64,000 nt of DNA from Acidimicrobiales bacterium (GTDB taxonomy: Bacteria > Actinomycetota > Acidimicrobiia > Acidimicrobiales > Aldehydirespiratoraceae). Where the stretch lies: the NCBI GenBank assembly GCA_963662645.2, contig OY759762.1, forward strand, positions 1,933,160 through 1,997,159, in the 5' to 3' direction. The position numbers and the translations under genes are program-made. Positions 1 to 9,330 of the stretch are shown one piece after another. Under the pieces are notes generated by a model. The model worked only from the letters and a program-made list of their open reading frames with translations, was not told the DNA's origin and did no database searches. Within the stretch, counting starts at the first letter, position 1, and each line of letters starts with the position of its first letter.

Positions 1-48
1 CGCCGTGTCCCCCGCTCCCGTTCGCTGTGCTCACCGGCCGCTCGGTCG

Positions 49-363
49 CTAGTCGGTGGCCGGCGCGACTTGCACTGTGATCGACTTCAAGCGATCAGTG
101 GACGACAGCTCGTTGACCCGTTCCAGCACCCGGTCCGAAAGCCATCTCACCTCGCTGGCCCACATCGGATCGGAGGCTGCCACCACCAAGCGATCACCCT
201 CCACTGCCACTGGTCTGCAGTGGCGAGCCACATCGGCGCCGACTACGTCCTCCCATCGGTGGAACACCGTCGACAGCAGGTCGGGCGGCGGTGCGCCCAG
301 CGAACCCAGGACGCGCTCAAGAGCATCGGCCAACTCGATGGGCTCATCGCCCGACACCATCAC
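49..363 (-). CDS. DUF721 / DciA-like small protein downstream of recF
   Basis: 104-aa ORF whose GTG start overlaps the recF stop (360-363). It occupies the recF -> DUF721 -> (gyrB expected) slot conserved in Actinobacteria. Size and Arg/Trp-rich composition fit DUF721. Confidence 0.6.
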   Translation of the reverse strand: MMVSGDEPIELADALERVLGSLGAPPPDLLSTVFHRWEDVVGADVARHCRPVAVEGDRLVVAASDPMWASEVRWLSDRVLERVNELSSTDRLKSITVQVAPATD

Positions 364-1460
364 TTGTCGGGGCCGACGACCATCCGCGCGGCACCATCCG
401 CCACGCGAATCACTCGGTCGGGTTGGACGCTCGCCGGCAGCACAGGCGACGCGGTGGTGAGGATTCGCTGGCCCGGCGGCAGCGTCTCCAGCAGGGCGGC
501 CGCACGACCGGCGTCAAGCTCGGATAACACATCGTCGAGCAACAGCACAGGCTCGACGCCTCGGCGATCGCGCACCTCGGAATCCACCGCCAGCCGCAGG
601 GCGAGAGCAAGAGACCTCTGCTCGCCCTGGGAGGCATGGCTCCGGGCCGGCAGCCCTCCAATCCGCAGCAGGACATCGTCCCGGTGGGGACCTACCGTGC
701 TCGTGGACCGCCTCAGATCCTCGCCCCGGGCTGCTGCCAGCGCATCAGCCAGCGATTCGTCGCCCCATGAGGACACATAAGTGACGCCAGCGTCGTCCTG
801 GCCTCGGGAGATGTGTCTGTAGTGGCGGTGGATCTCGGGTTCCATCGCCACGAGCAGGTTCCGGCGGCGCATTCGGAGCTCGTCGCCCACCGCGGTCAGC
901 TTGGCGTCCCAGACGTCCAGCGTGATGGCAACGTCGCCTACAGCACGGCCCTGTGCTTGACGCAGCAGGGCGTTGCGCTGACGAAGGATCCGGTCCAGTT
1001 CGCTGCGCAGGACTCCCCAGGACGGTCGCACTGCCGCGAGTGCGTCATCCATCCACCGCCGCCGAACCGCCGGCTCGCCCTTGACCAACTCAAGGTCCTC
1101 GGGTGAGAACGCCGTCACCGTCAACACGCCGAGCAGGTCCCGGCGGCGCGACACCGGGTGCTGGTTCACCCTCACCCGGTTCGGTCGGGCCCGGGCCAGT
1201 TCGACCTCGATCAAGATGGCTTGTCCGGTATCTCCCAGACCGGAACAGCGAATGACGGCCGAGGGCGCGCCGTCACGTATCAGGGCCGTGTCGGCGGCGC
1301 CCCTGAACGAACCCAGCCCGGCAGCAAATCCCACCGCCTCAAGCAGGTTGGTCTTGCCATGGCCGTTGGGTCCGACGATCGCCGTGAGCCCTGAAGCGAA
1401 GTCCACCTCGGTCTCGGCGTAGGACCGGAAGTCGAGAAGTGACAGCGAGCAGACACGCAC
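360..1460 (-). CDS. recF: DNA replication and repair protein RecF
   Basis: Walker A GPNGHGKTNLLEA, SMC-type signature SQGEQRSLALALRLA, Walker B VLLLDDVLSELD. Lies directly downstream of dnaN. Confidence 0.95.
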   Translation of the reverse strand: MRVCSLSLLDFRSYAETEVDFASGLTAIVGPNGHGKTNLLEAVGFAAGLGSFRGAADTALIRDGAPSAVIRCSGLGDTGQAILIEVELARARPNRVRVNQHPVSRRRDLLGVLTVTAFSPEDLELVKGEPAVRRRWMDDALAAVRPSWGVLRSELDRILRQRNALLRQAQGRAVGDVAITLDVWDAKLTAVGDELRMRRRNLLVAMEPEIHRHYRHISRGQDDAGVTYVSSWGDESLADALAAARGEDLRRSTSTVGPHRDDVLLRIGGLPARSHASQGEQRSLALALRLAVDSEVRDRRGVEPVLLLDDVLSELDAGRAAALLETLPPGQRILTTASPVLPASVQPDRVIRVADGAARMVVGPDK

Positions 1461-1497
1461 GGTACCCGTCCTCCGACCGTTCGCCCAGAAGCAGGGC

Positions 1498-2634
1498 TCA
1501 ACTCACTCGCACCGGCATCAACAGGTAGACGAAGCTCTCATCTCCCACCGAACGAAGCAAAGCCGGCTTCACTGCGTCAGCGGTCTCCAAGGTGACCTCC
1601 TCGCCGGCCGTGGCCTCGATGCCGTCGATGAGATACCCCGGATTGAATGCGACGGTCAGGTCCTCGCCCGCATAGGCGGCCTCCATCGACTCGTTCGCTT
1701 TGCCGACATCGTGGGTTATGGCGATGACCTCTAGGTTCTCCTCGCCCATAACCAGGCGGATCGGGGTCGAGTCCTGAGCCAGGAGCCGTACTCGCCGAAC
1801 GACTTCCAGCAGCTGCTCGCGATTCGCGGTCAAGCAGTTCGGATGGTCGGTGGGGATGAGTCCCTGGTAGTTGGGGAAGTCCCCGGGGATCAACCGTGTG
1901 GTCAGTTGAACGTTCCCCACCGCAAACTGGGCGTAGTGCTCTGCCAGCTTGAGGGTCACCTGGTCCGACTCGTCGATCAGGCGCTGGAGCTCGCCCAGGG
2001 CGCGGCTCGGTACCAGCACCCTCTGGTGCTCGCCAAGAATGGACGAGCCGTCGAGGTCCCTGACCGAGAGCCGATAGGAATCGGTCGAGACCAGTCGCAA
2101 CCGGCCCTCGCCCTCCGCGGCCATCAGCACGCCGGTGAGGATGGGCCGGGAGTCATCAGACGACGCTGACCGCACGACCTGGCTCAAGGCGTTCCGAAAC
2201 TCCGCACCGTTGAACGTCACGGCCTCACTGAACGCCGCAGAGCTGCCGTCGCCGCTCCCCTCCTGAGTGAAGGACAGCTGCGGATAGTCCTCCTCTGGGA
2301 TCAGCCTGATCGAGAACTCCGACGATCCGGCCGTGATCGTGGCCTCGCCCTCATCCACCGAGAACTCCACCGCCCCGGCTGGCACAGCCCTGACCACATC
2401 GGTGAGCAAGCGGGCCGGGGTCACCGCGGCCCCGGCCGCAGTCCCCAATACCTCCGCAGTCACCGACAGCGTCAGGTCGAGGTCGCTGCCGGTGACAGTG
2501 AGAACGCCATCGGTCAGGTCGAGGTGAGCTCCCGTCAGGGCGGCACGGCTCGAGCTGACGCCAGCCGCGGCTCGCACTGCGACCGTCAGGGCCTCCAACA
2601 GGGTGTCTCGCTCACAGCGGAACTTCATGCCCAT
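1498..2634 (-). CDS. dnaN: DNA polymerase III beta sliding clamp
   Basis: 378 aa with N-terminal MKFRCERD..L and C-terminal YLLMPVR motif typical of beta clamps. Position is dnaA-dnaN-recF. Confidence 0.95.
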   Translation of the reverse strand: MGMKFRCERDTLLEALTVAVRAAAGVSSSRAALTGAHLDLTDGVLTVTGSDLDLTLSVTAEVLGTAAGAAVTPARLLTDVVRAVPAGAVEFSVDEGEATITAGSSEFSIRLIPEEDYPQLSFTQEGSGDGSSAAFSEAVTFNGAEFRNALSQVVRSASSDDSRPILTGVLMAAEGEGRLRLVSTDSYRLSVRDLDGSSILGEHQRVLVPSRALGELQRLIDESDQVTLKLAEHYAQFAVGNVQLTTRLIPGDFPNYQGLIPTDHPNCLTANREQLLEVVRRVRLLAQDSTPIRLVMGEENLEVIAITHDVGKANESMEAAYAGEDLTVAFNPGYLIDGIEATAGEEVTLETADAVKPALLRSVGDESFVYLLMPVRVS

Positions 2635-2884
2635 GGTTTTGTTGCCTCTTCTCTAGCTGGATTCAAGAGTGTTGTAGAGGACACTAGGCACTGTGGATTG
2701 GGGATTTGTGTCAGCGCCCCCCGGAATTGCAGCACTCTCGGTGTGCCCAGGTTTGCTGTGCCAGTCAGTGAGGCGGCACGGCGTCACTGGGAGGGTGTTG
2801 ATCTCGGCGGAGTTGGCCACAGCCCGTCCAGAGGCTGCAAGTCAGTAGTCCCCACGGTTCTCCCCGGTGGCCGGTGGGCCGAGT
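2635..2884. promoter_or_regulatory. dnaN-dnaA spacer with two weak DnaA-box-like 9-mers (secondary box cluster / dnaN promoter region)
   Basis: TGTGGATTG at 2692-2700 (rc CAATCCACA) and TTGGCCACA at 2813-2821. 250 bp without a credible ORF. Confidence 0.4.
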
Positions 2885-4267
2885 TCATGAGACTTCCCCT
2901 ACCCGCTTCTGGAGATCTTGCACTTTGTCGAAGATGTCTTTGCGTTCGGCCATGTGGTGCTCGATCTTGCGCACGGCGTGGATGACTGTGGTGTGGTCGC
3001 GGTTGCCGAAGGCCCGGCCGATCTCCGGGTAGGACAGGTCGGTCATGTTCCGGGTGACGTACATGGCGATTTGACGGGCGTCCACGAGCGGCCTCCGCCG
3101 GCTACCTCCGGTGATTTGCTCCACTGAGAAGTTGAAGAGTTCGGCGGTGGCTTGGAGGATGCCCTTGACAGTGACCGGTGCCTTGACGGTATTGCCTATC
3201 AGATCGGCCAGGACGCGCTTGGCGAGCTCGTAGGAGCATCGCTGACCTGTGATGTTGGCGTACGCGGTGACCTTGATGAGCGCGCCTTCGAGTTCGCGGA
3301 TGGAGTCGGTGACGTTCTCAGCGATGAATGAGAGGACTTCGGATGGGATCTCGATGGCCGCCGATTCGGCCTTCTTCTCGAGGATGGCCAGCCGGGTCAC
3401 CAGATCGGGGGGTTGGATGTCGGTGATGAGGCCTGACTTGAACCGGCTGCGCAGCCGGTCTTCGAGAGTGGGGATGGCGTCTGGAGAGCGATCGGAGGAC
3501 AGGACGATCTGAGCGCCGTTCTGCAAGAGGTCGTTGAACGTGTGGAAGAACTCCTCTTGTAGCCCGTCCTTGCCCTCCATGAACTGGATGTCGTCGACCA
3601 GCAGGACGTCGTTGCTGCGGTACACCTGCTTGAACTCGGGCTGGGTGCTGTTGCGTATTGCCTGCACGAACTCGTTCAGGAAGGTTTCGCTGGTCACGTA
3701 GCGGACCTTGTAAGACGGGTAGTGGTTGTTCACATAGTGGGCGATGGCTCGTAGCAGGTGGGTCTTCCCGAGTCCGGAGTCGCCGTGTATGAACAGCGGG
3801 TTGTACGCCCCGGCCGGGGTCTCGGCTACTGCCAGCGCGGCGGCGTGCGAGAACCGGTTGGAGGTGCCGGTCACGAACTGCTCGAACGTCAGGCGGGTGT
3901 CGGGCCCCGAGTCTCCATTCGTTCCGTGCTCTCGGTCGGCGTCGGTCAACGCCCGGGCCTCGCCGAATGGTGCCACAGGCTCGGCAACGGAGAAGTCGTC
4001 GTTCGCATCCCAGTCCGGGTCGATCTCGATGCGGACCATCACGTCCGGCTCGGTCTCGTCGAGGGCGTCGGTGAGGAGGTCGAAGTAGCGGCGCTCGATG
4101 CGGGCCTTCTGCAGGCTGGTCGGCACCACGAGAGTCAGGGAGCCCTGGTCGAAGGCAGTCGCTCGGGCACCGCTGAAGGTCGTTCTCCAGACGGCGTCGC
4201 TCACCTGGCTGCGGATGCTCTGGGCGCAGCTAGTCCAGATCCGCTCCGCTTCGGGGTCGGTGTTCAC
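2885..4267 (-). CDS. dnaA: Chromosomal replication initiator DnaA
   Basis: AAA+ Walker A GDSGLGKTHLL, Walker B VLLVDDIQF, and C-terminal DNA-binding signature IAMYVTRNMTDLSYPEIGRAFGNRDHTTVIHAVRKI. Confidence 0.97.
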   Translation of the reverse strand: MNTDPEAERIWTSCAQSIRSQVSDAVWRTTFSGARATAFDQGSLTLVVPTSLQKARIERRYFDLLTDALDETEPDVMVRIEIDPDWDANDDFSVAEPVAPFGEARALTDADREHGTNGDSGPDTRLTFEQFVTGTSNRFSHAAALAVAETPAGAYNPLFIHGDSGLGKTHLLRAIAHYVNNHYPSYKVRYVTSETFLNEFVQAIRNSTQPEFKQVYRSNDVLLVDDIQFMEGKDGLQEEFFHTFNDLLQNGAQIVLSSDRSPDAIPTLEDRLRSRFKSGLITDIQPPDLVTRLAILEKKAESAAIEIPSEVLSFIAENVTDSIRELEGALIKVTAYANITGQRCSYELAKRVLADLIGNTVKAPVTVKGILQATAELFNFSVEQITGGSRRRPLVDARQIAMYVTRNMTDLSYPEIGRAFGNRDHTTVIHAVRKIEHHMAERKDIFDKVQDLQKRVGEVS

Positions 4268-4674
4268 CTATCGATCTCCTTTCTCCACAGATTGATCCAC
4301 AGTTGTGGACAGAGAGTTCTGTGGCCCGTAGTGGAGCAGGCCCGGACCCAGGCCAGACGGCGGTGGTGGCCTGCGGAACGTAGCAGCATCCACATCGGTC
4401 GCAAGTCCGCCGCCAGAAGCTCGGTAAACGACTAGTTCAGACTGGATTACGTTCCGGGTAACTACGTTTATGTAAGATATATGACATTAATGTCCTTTGT
4501 TCTGGCCCGGGATGGAGCCCCGGCTTGTAGCCGACCGCGGCTCTGTGGGCGGCGTGGTTGTCGTGGCGCAGGGTCAGCCCTACGGTGGACGCAGACCCGC
4601 CGTTCATCCACAGCATCGACCCGGATGACGGCTGTTGTGGCGTGCTCGAGCCGGAGCAAGCCGAGGAGGATCTC
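4268..4674. other. Candidate oriC: DnaA-box cluster plus AT-rich unwinding element between dnaA and rpmH
   Basis: Boxes TTCTCCACA 4281-4289, TGATCCACA 4293-4301, inverted TGTGGACAG 4304-4312, GCATCCACA 4386-4394, TCATCCACA 4604-4612. A 43-nt stretch at 4458-4500 has about 28% GC. Confidence 0.65.
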
Positions 4675-4809
4675 ATGAAGCGCACCTTTCAGCCGAATAT
4701 ACGAAAAAGATATAAGAAACACGGTTTTCGGGCCAGGATGAGCACCCGCGGCGGACGTGCCGTGTTGCGGGCGCGCCGCCGCAAGGGGCGAAGTCGACTG
4801 GCCGCGTGA
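4675..4809 (+). CDS. rpmH: 50S ribosomal protein L34
   Basis: [47 protein letters not shown] at 4675 lies inside the longer tracked ORF. Confidence 0.95.
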   Translation: MKRTFQPNIRKRYKKHGFRARMSTRGGRAVLRARRRKGRSRLAA

Positions 4810-5129
4810 GCGGCTCGGCGATCAGCCGCAGCGTGAGTGACGGACTTTGCACGACCAGCGCTCGGCGCGGTCCCCTGAGAGTGTCACACAGCGCCGCTCC
4901 AGGGGCATCGCGAGTGCTGTTTGTGGTACCGAAATCGGTGGGGACTGCGGTGGTGCGCAACAGGGCTCGACGCCGTGTGCGGGGTGCTTTGCACGAGCTC
5001 GTCCGGGACCGAGCGGTGGTGCTCGCTGGCGGTGAGTACCGCCTGGGGATCTTTGCGCCGCTGGAAGCGTTGTCTGCAGCGGAGCTGCGAGCGACGGTGG
5101 GCGGACTCTTGAAGGACGTTCAGCGATGA
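4806..5129 (+). CDS. rnpA: Ribonuclease P protein component
   Basis: 107-aa basic protein with GTG start overlapping the rpmH stop. Contains [21 protein letters not shown], the RNase P protein RNR-type motif. Confidence 0.85.
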   Translation: MSGSAISRSVSDGLCTTSARRGPLRVSHSAAPGASRVLFVVPKSVGTAVVRNRARRRVRGALHELVRDRAVVLAGGEYRLGIFAPLEALSAAELRATVGGLLKDVQR

Positions 5130-5515
5130 GGGGGTTCGCGGCACGGCTTGCCTGCCGTGCAATCCGGGAGTACCAGCTGGTTCGAGCAGGCCGCCCGCCG
5201 ACGTGCCGATACGCCCCGTCCTGCTCCGCTTACGCGTTGGAGGCTGTGCAGACGCACGGTGCGATGCGCGGCGTATGGCTGGCAGCTCGCCGTTTGGTCC
5301 GATGCCATCCGTGGGGGTCCACGGGCTGGGATCCCGTTCCGACCGCGCACGCTCTGAGAGGCCGAGCGGATAGGCGAGCGAATCCGGTGCATACGGGCGA
5401 GGCCGTGGCCCGAGCGGCCCGTGAGCGCAGCGAACAAGAGCGGGAAACACCCCGCCGCGACGCGACAGGCCGTCACCTATCCGCGCTCGCTCTAAGAAAG
5501 ACTGACGATGTTTGA
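5126..5515 (+). CDS. yidD: Membrane protein insertion efficiency factor YidD, with an atypical ~55-aa C-terminal extension
   Basis: Core [15 protein letters not shown]...RCHPWG..DPVP ends near 5341. ATGA overlap with rnpA. The ORF continues through a repeat element to 5515 and overlaps the yidC start. Confidence 0.8.
   Translation: MRGFAARLACRAIREYQLVRAGRPPTCRYAPSCSAYALEAVQTHGAMRGVWLAARRLVRCHPWGSTGWDPVPTAHALRGRADRRANPVHTGEAVARAARERSEQERETPRRDATGRHLSALALRKTDDV
5357..5415 (+). repeat. Truncated copy of a short palindromic repeat element (partner at 13151-13223, opposite orientation)
   Basis: 59 nt with about 5 mismatches to the reverse complement of 13151-13223 (hand alignment). Confidence 0.75.
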
Positions 5516-6821
5516 TCCCCTGTTCGATGTCGTCACCGCGGTGCTCGCCTGGTTCTACTCCCTTGTGCCGTCCTACGGTATGGCGATTGCCCTGCTGACG
5601 CTGACTGCCGTGGTCGCGGTGACTCCGCTCACGTTGAAGATGACACGGAACATGCTGCAGATGCAGCAGCACATGCCGGAGCTGAAGAAGCTCCAGAACC
5701 AGCACAAGGGCGACCGGCAGGCCATGAACGAGGTCACCATGGCCTACTACAAGGAGCACGGGCTCAATCCGGTCGGGTGTCTGCTCCCGATGCTGGTCCA
5801 GGGCCCGATTTTCTTGGTGATGTACCGAGTCGTGGACGGGCTCACCAGGCGCACGACCGAAATTGGGACCCAGCTCGGCTTCACATCGCGTCGTTATGCC
5901 GACAGCGTGGCCGGAGGGGTGCCCGAGCACACTGAGACCCCGATCGTCAGAGGCGACCTGCCATTCGATCCCGACTTCCTGTCGAGGGACAGCGACCTCT
6001 ATGAGAATCTGAGCGCAGACGTTGAGATGGTCTCTTTGGGAGTCGATCTATCCCGGAGCGCGAGCTCTGTGATTTCCGAGAGCATCGTTGCGGCACTCCC
6101 CTACCTTCTGATGCTCCTGATTGTGCTGGTCACGAGCCTCTACCAGCAGCGCCAGATCCAGGGCCGGCAGAGCGGCGCGGCGATAAACCCGCAACAGCAG
6201 ATGATGATGAAGCTGATCCCCTACATGCTGCCGGTGTTCTCGTACGTGATGCCGGCAGCTGTCGTGACCTACTTCATCGTCTCGAACCTGGTCCGGATAG
6301 CGCAACAGGCCTACATCACCCGGTCCTTCTACAGGGGTGAGGACTCGCTCGGAGCCCAGGTAGCCAAGCAGCGAGCTGCAGCCGTGACCGAGGCGGACGA
6401 CGCGACTGGAGCCAAGGCCCGCTCGCCCAAGTCGATCACGGAGCGCAAGGGCGCTCCGACGCCGAAGCGGGACGCGAAATCTCCTCGAGCCAAGGCGCCG
6501 GCGCGCAAGAGGGCTCAGGGTGATGCCAAGGTGCCAGCGCGCAAGAGGACTCAAGATGGTGCCAAGGCGCCGGCGCGCAAGAAGGCTGAGGGTGATGCCG
6601 AGGCGCCGGCGCGCAAGAGGGCTCAAAGTGGTGCCAAGCCTTCAAGTCGGAAGGAGGCGGCTGCCAAGGCCAGTCCGGCAGGCAGGGGAGGACGGACCGG
6701 CAAGGCACCCTCGCGGAGTCGGTCCAGCAGCCGCCCCGGCGGCGGCCGCGTTACACCGCCCGGCTCGGGCGCGAGACGTCCCAGCCAGAACCGCAGCCGG
6801 AGCAAGAAGAAGAGGCGCTGA
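5508..6821 (+). CDS. yidC: Membrane protein insertase YidC with a long Lys/Arg-rich repetitive C-terminal tail
   Basis: 437 aa with multi-TM YidC/Oxa1 core ([24 protein letters not shown]). Position after rnpA-yidD. Basic tail carries 12-aa repeats. Confidence 0.9.
   Translation: MFDPLFDVVTAVLAWFYSLVPSYGMAIALLTLTAVVAVTPLTLKMTRNMLQMQQHMPELKKLQNQHKGDRQAMNEVTMAYYKEHGLNPVGCLLPMLVQGPIFLVMYRVVDGLTRRTTEIGTQLGFTSRRYADSVAGGVPEHTETPIVRGDLPFDPDFLSRDSDLYENLSADVEMVSLGVDLSRSASSVISESIVAALPYLLMLLIVLVTSLYQQRQIQGRQSGAAINPQQQMMMKLIPYMLPVFSYVMPAAVVTYFIVSNLVRIAQQAYITRSFYRGEDSLGAQVAKQRAAAVTEADDATGAKARSPKSITERKGAPTPKRDAKSPRAKAPARKRAQGDAKVPARKRTQDGAKAPARKKAEGDAEAPARKRAQSGAKPSSRKEAAAKASPAGRGGRTGKAPSRSRSSSRPGGGRVTPPGSGARRPSQNRSRSKKKRR
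6489..6632 (+). repeat. 4 x 36-bp in-frame tandem repeat ([13 protein letters not shown] type) inside the yidC tail
   Basis: Units at 6489-6524, 6525-6560, 6561-6596 and 6597-6632, read directly from the sequence. Confidence 0.9.
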
Positions 6822-6854
6822 GGTTCGCGCCGCACGAAGGAGTTTCTTGTTGGA

Positions 6855-7772
6855 ATGGAATGGTTGGAGATCAGAGCAACGACAGTGGAGAGCGCCAAGG
6901 AGCAGGCGCTTGTTCATCTCGGTGTCGATGAGTCAGACGCCGAGTTCGAGGTGCTCACAGAACCAAGGACGGGACTGTTCGGAAGGATCAAGCAGGAGGC
7001 GCGGGTGAGGGCGCGAGTGCTCCCCACACCAGTGCGACCGAAAGACAGCAGAGGCCGAGGTCACAACAGCCGCAGGACGGGTTCGTCGAGACGGTCCGAG
7101 TCTGCGCGAACTCCCAGCGAGGCAGTGCCGGAATCAACGGCTCGTCCTGGCCGCAAGGATCCCGCCGCCCGGGATCGTCAACAGCCTGCCCGCGCGGCTA
7201 GAGCTGAGAATGGGACCAAGGACGGAACCCAAGGAGGAAACTGTGGCACCCGCCACATGAAAGAGGATGATAATACAATGATAATTGATCAAAATAGCGG
7301 TCCTTCACTCCTCGAGCAGGCCGAACTGGCGGAGTCCTTTGTCCGAGGCATTGCGACGGCATTGGACATCGCCGTCGAATTCAAGCGCCACGACCTGGAG
7401 AACGGGATCATGCGAATCGAGGCCAACGGAGAGGGAATCGGAGTCCTGATCGGTCGGCGAGGCGGGACAGCCCAAGCGATCGATGAACTGGTTCGAACGG
7501 TGTTGCAACGTTCTGGCGGGACTACAAGGGAGGGCAAGATCCGCATGGATATGGGCGGTGTTCGAGCCCGGCGCGCGTCGGCCCTGGCGGCTTTCGCTCG
7601 CGAGGTCGCTGAGGAGTCCGCCCTGACGCAATCCGAAATTGCCCTTGAGCCGATGAACCGGCTGGATCGCAAGATTGTCCACGACGTCATTTCTGGCATG
7701 GACAACGTGGAGAGTCGAAGCGAAGGAGAGGATCCGCACCGCAGGGTGATCATCGCGGCGGTTCGCAGCTGA
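6855..7772 (+). CDS. jag: Jag/KhpB-type RNA-binding protein (Jag_N + basic linker + KH + R3H)
   Basis: N-terminal MEWLEIRATTVESAKEQAL..EFEVL (Jag_N), KH-like GVLIGRRGGTAQAIDELV, and C-terminal R3H-like region (LDRKIVHDVI...DPHRRVII). Conserved position after yidC. Confidence 0.85.
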   Translation: MEWLEIRATTVESAKEQALVHLGVDESDAEFEVLTEPRTGLFGRIKQEARVRARVLPTPVRPKDSRGRGHNSRRTGSSRRSESARTPSEAVPESTARPGRKDPAARDRQQPARAARAENGTKDGTQGGNCGTRHMKEDDNTMIIDQNSGPSLLEQAELAESFVRGIATALDIAVEFKRHDLENGIMRIEANGEGIGVLIGRRGGTAQAIDELVRTVLQRSGGTTREGKIRMDMGGVRARRASALAAFAREVAEESALTQSEIALEPMNRLDRKIVHDVISGMDNVESRSEGEDPHRRVIIAAVRS

Positions 7773-7774
7773 AA

Positions 7775-8434
7775 GTGGGCGAGGCTCGGCCGCGCTCGCT
7801 AGCGGAGATCGATCCAGAACTCCTGGAGCGTCTGAATCGATCATGGGTACCGGCTCGGGCCGCCGGTGTCATGGGAAGCGCCTCCATCGAAGCTCTGCGC
7901 TTGCATGCCGGCGGCTACATCCTGGATGAATGGCGGACGCTGCCCGACGGACAGTTCGTGGACTGTGGGACTGGGGCAGGAGTGTTGGGGGTTCTCCTGG
8001 CCCTTGAGCTTCCGAACTCCAAGTGGTGTTTGGTAGATGCGAGGGATCGACGGTGCGAAATGGCGCGGCGGGCGGTGGTTGCGGCGGAACTCGCGGAGAG
8101 AGTGACTGTGGAGCACAGCCTTGTGGACGAAATGGCTCGCGGGGAACGTCGGGGAGGTTTCGACGGGGCGGTGGCACGCTCATTTGGTCCGGTTCCAGAA
8201 CTGGCAGAGTGTGCCCTGCCGCTATTGAAGACGAGTGGATCCCTGGTCATCTCGGTCTCTGATTCAACGGCACGGCACTGGCAGCAGATGCCGCTGACGG
8301 AGCGGATGGGCTGTGAGATATCGGGGGGCTGGACGACACCTCACGGCCGCTATCTCTCTGTCAGGCGATCAGAACCCAGCCCTCCGGAACTTCCTCGCCG
8401 CCGGCCTGCTCGAATTCGCTCCCCATTGGGGTAA
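7775..8434 (+). CDS. rsmG: 16S rRNA (guanine527-N7)-methyltransferase RsmG/GidB
   Basis: SAM motif VDCGTGAGVLGVLLAL. Conserved position between jag and parA. Confidence 0.85.
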   Translation: MGEARPRSLAEIDPELLERLNRSWVPARAAGVMGSASIEALRLHAGGYILDEWRTLPDGQFVDCGTGAGVLGVLLALELPNSKWCLVDARDRRCEMARRAVVAAELAERVTVEHSLVDEMARGERRGGFDGAVARSFGPVPELAECALPLLKTSGSLVISVSDSTARHWQQMPLTERMGCEISGGWTTPHGRYLSVRRSEPSPPELPRRRPARIRSPLG

Positions 8435-8441
8435 CGCTCTC

Positions 8442-8457
8442 TGTTTCACGTGAAACG
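8442..8457. promoter_or_regulatory. parS centromere-like site
   Basis: TGTTTCACGTGAAACG, 15/16 match to the palindromic parS consensus TGTTTCACGTGAAACA. Lies in the rsmG-parA gap. Confidence 0.85.
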
Positions 8458-8463
8458 TGAGGG

Positions 8464-9330
8464 ATGCTTGACTTCCTGAAGGCGGTATGGGACCGTACCG
8501 AGGAGTCTCTGCGAGCGCAGGGAGCCGAGGTCGTGCGTGGTATGAAGCAACAAGTTGACGGAAGTCGCGCTCGGGTCTTCGCAGTCGCCAACCAGAAGGG
8601 CGGCGTGGGCAAGACAACCGCGACCGTGAACCTTTCGGCGTGCTTTGCTGAGAAGCAGCTCAAGACGCTCCTCGTTGATCTCGACCCCCAGGCGAACGCA
8701 ACTACCGGCGTGGGACTGGATCCAAGGAATCTCGATGGGTCGATCTATGACGTGTTGCTACAGAATGTCGATCTTGACGAGATCATCGAGCCGACGATGA
8801 TCAAAGGTCTACATATAGCGCCCTCCAATCTTGATCTTGCTGGCGCGGAAATCGAGCTTGTTCCGGCCCTCAGCCGGGAACGGAGACTCCGAGACGCGAT
8901 GTCGGAAGCACTCACGGGTTATGACCTCGTCATGATCGACTGCCCGCCCTCGCTCGGATTGCTGACGATCAACGGCCTGACTGCAGCAGACGAAGTCATC
9001 GTCCCCGTTCAGACTGAGTACTTTGCGCTGGAGGGATTGACCCAGCTTGTCAGGAACATAGGAATGGTGCAGCGCAGCCTCAACCCCGGTCTGGAGTTGA
9101 CGAAGCTCATCCTCACCATGTACGACGCTCGCACGAATCTCTCGCGGGACGTTGCCCGAGAGGTTCGAGCACACTATGGGGACAAGGTCTGCTGGCAGGT
9201 TGTGCCGCGCACGGTCCGGCTCAGTGAGGCGCCGTCCTTCGGCCAGCCGATCATTCTCTACGATTCGTCATCCAAGGGTGCAAGAGCATTCCGCGACCTG
9301 GCAAAGGAGGTGCTCCGTGGTACGCCGTAG
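8464..9330 (+). CDS. parA: Chromosome partitioning ATPase ParA/Soj
   Basis: Deviant Walker A ANQKGGVGKTT, plus DCPPSLG and TMYDARTNL motifs. The start could instead be the internal ATG at 8542. Confidence 0.93.
   Translation: MLDFLKAVWDRTEESLRAQGAEVVRGMKQQVDGSRARVFAVANQKGGVGKTTATVNLSACFAEKQLKTLLVDLDPQANATTGVGLDPRNLDGSIYDVLLQNVDLDEIIEPTMIKGLHIAPSNLDLAGAEIELVPALSRERRLRDAMSEALTGYDLVMIDCPPSLGLLTINGLTAADEVIVPVQTEYFALEGLTQLVRNIGMVQRSLNPGLELTKLILTMYDARTNLSRDVAREVRAHYGDKVCWQVVPRTVRLSEAPSFGQPIILYDSSSKGARAFRDLAKEVLRGTP

Noticed and set aside
1-34. Possible 5' end of gyrB on the minus strand (GTG at 34-32, then S-T-A-N-G-S-G-G-H-G).
   Set aside because: Only 11 codons are visible and none is diagnostic. 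Synteny alone is insufficient to call a feature.
8361-8663. Small minus-strand ORFs across the parS/parA start region as possible hidden genes or toxin-antitoxin pairs.
   Set aside because: They overlap rsmG and parA in antisense and have no RBS or motif support.
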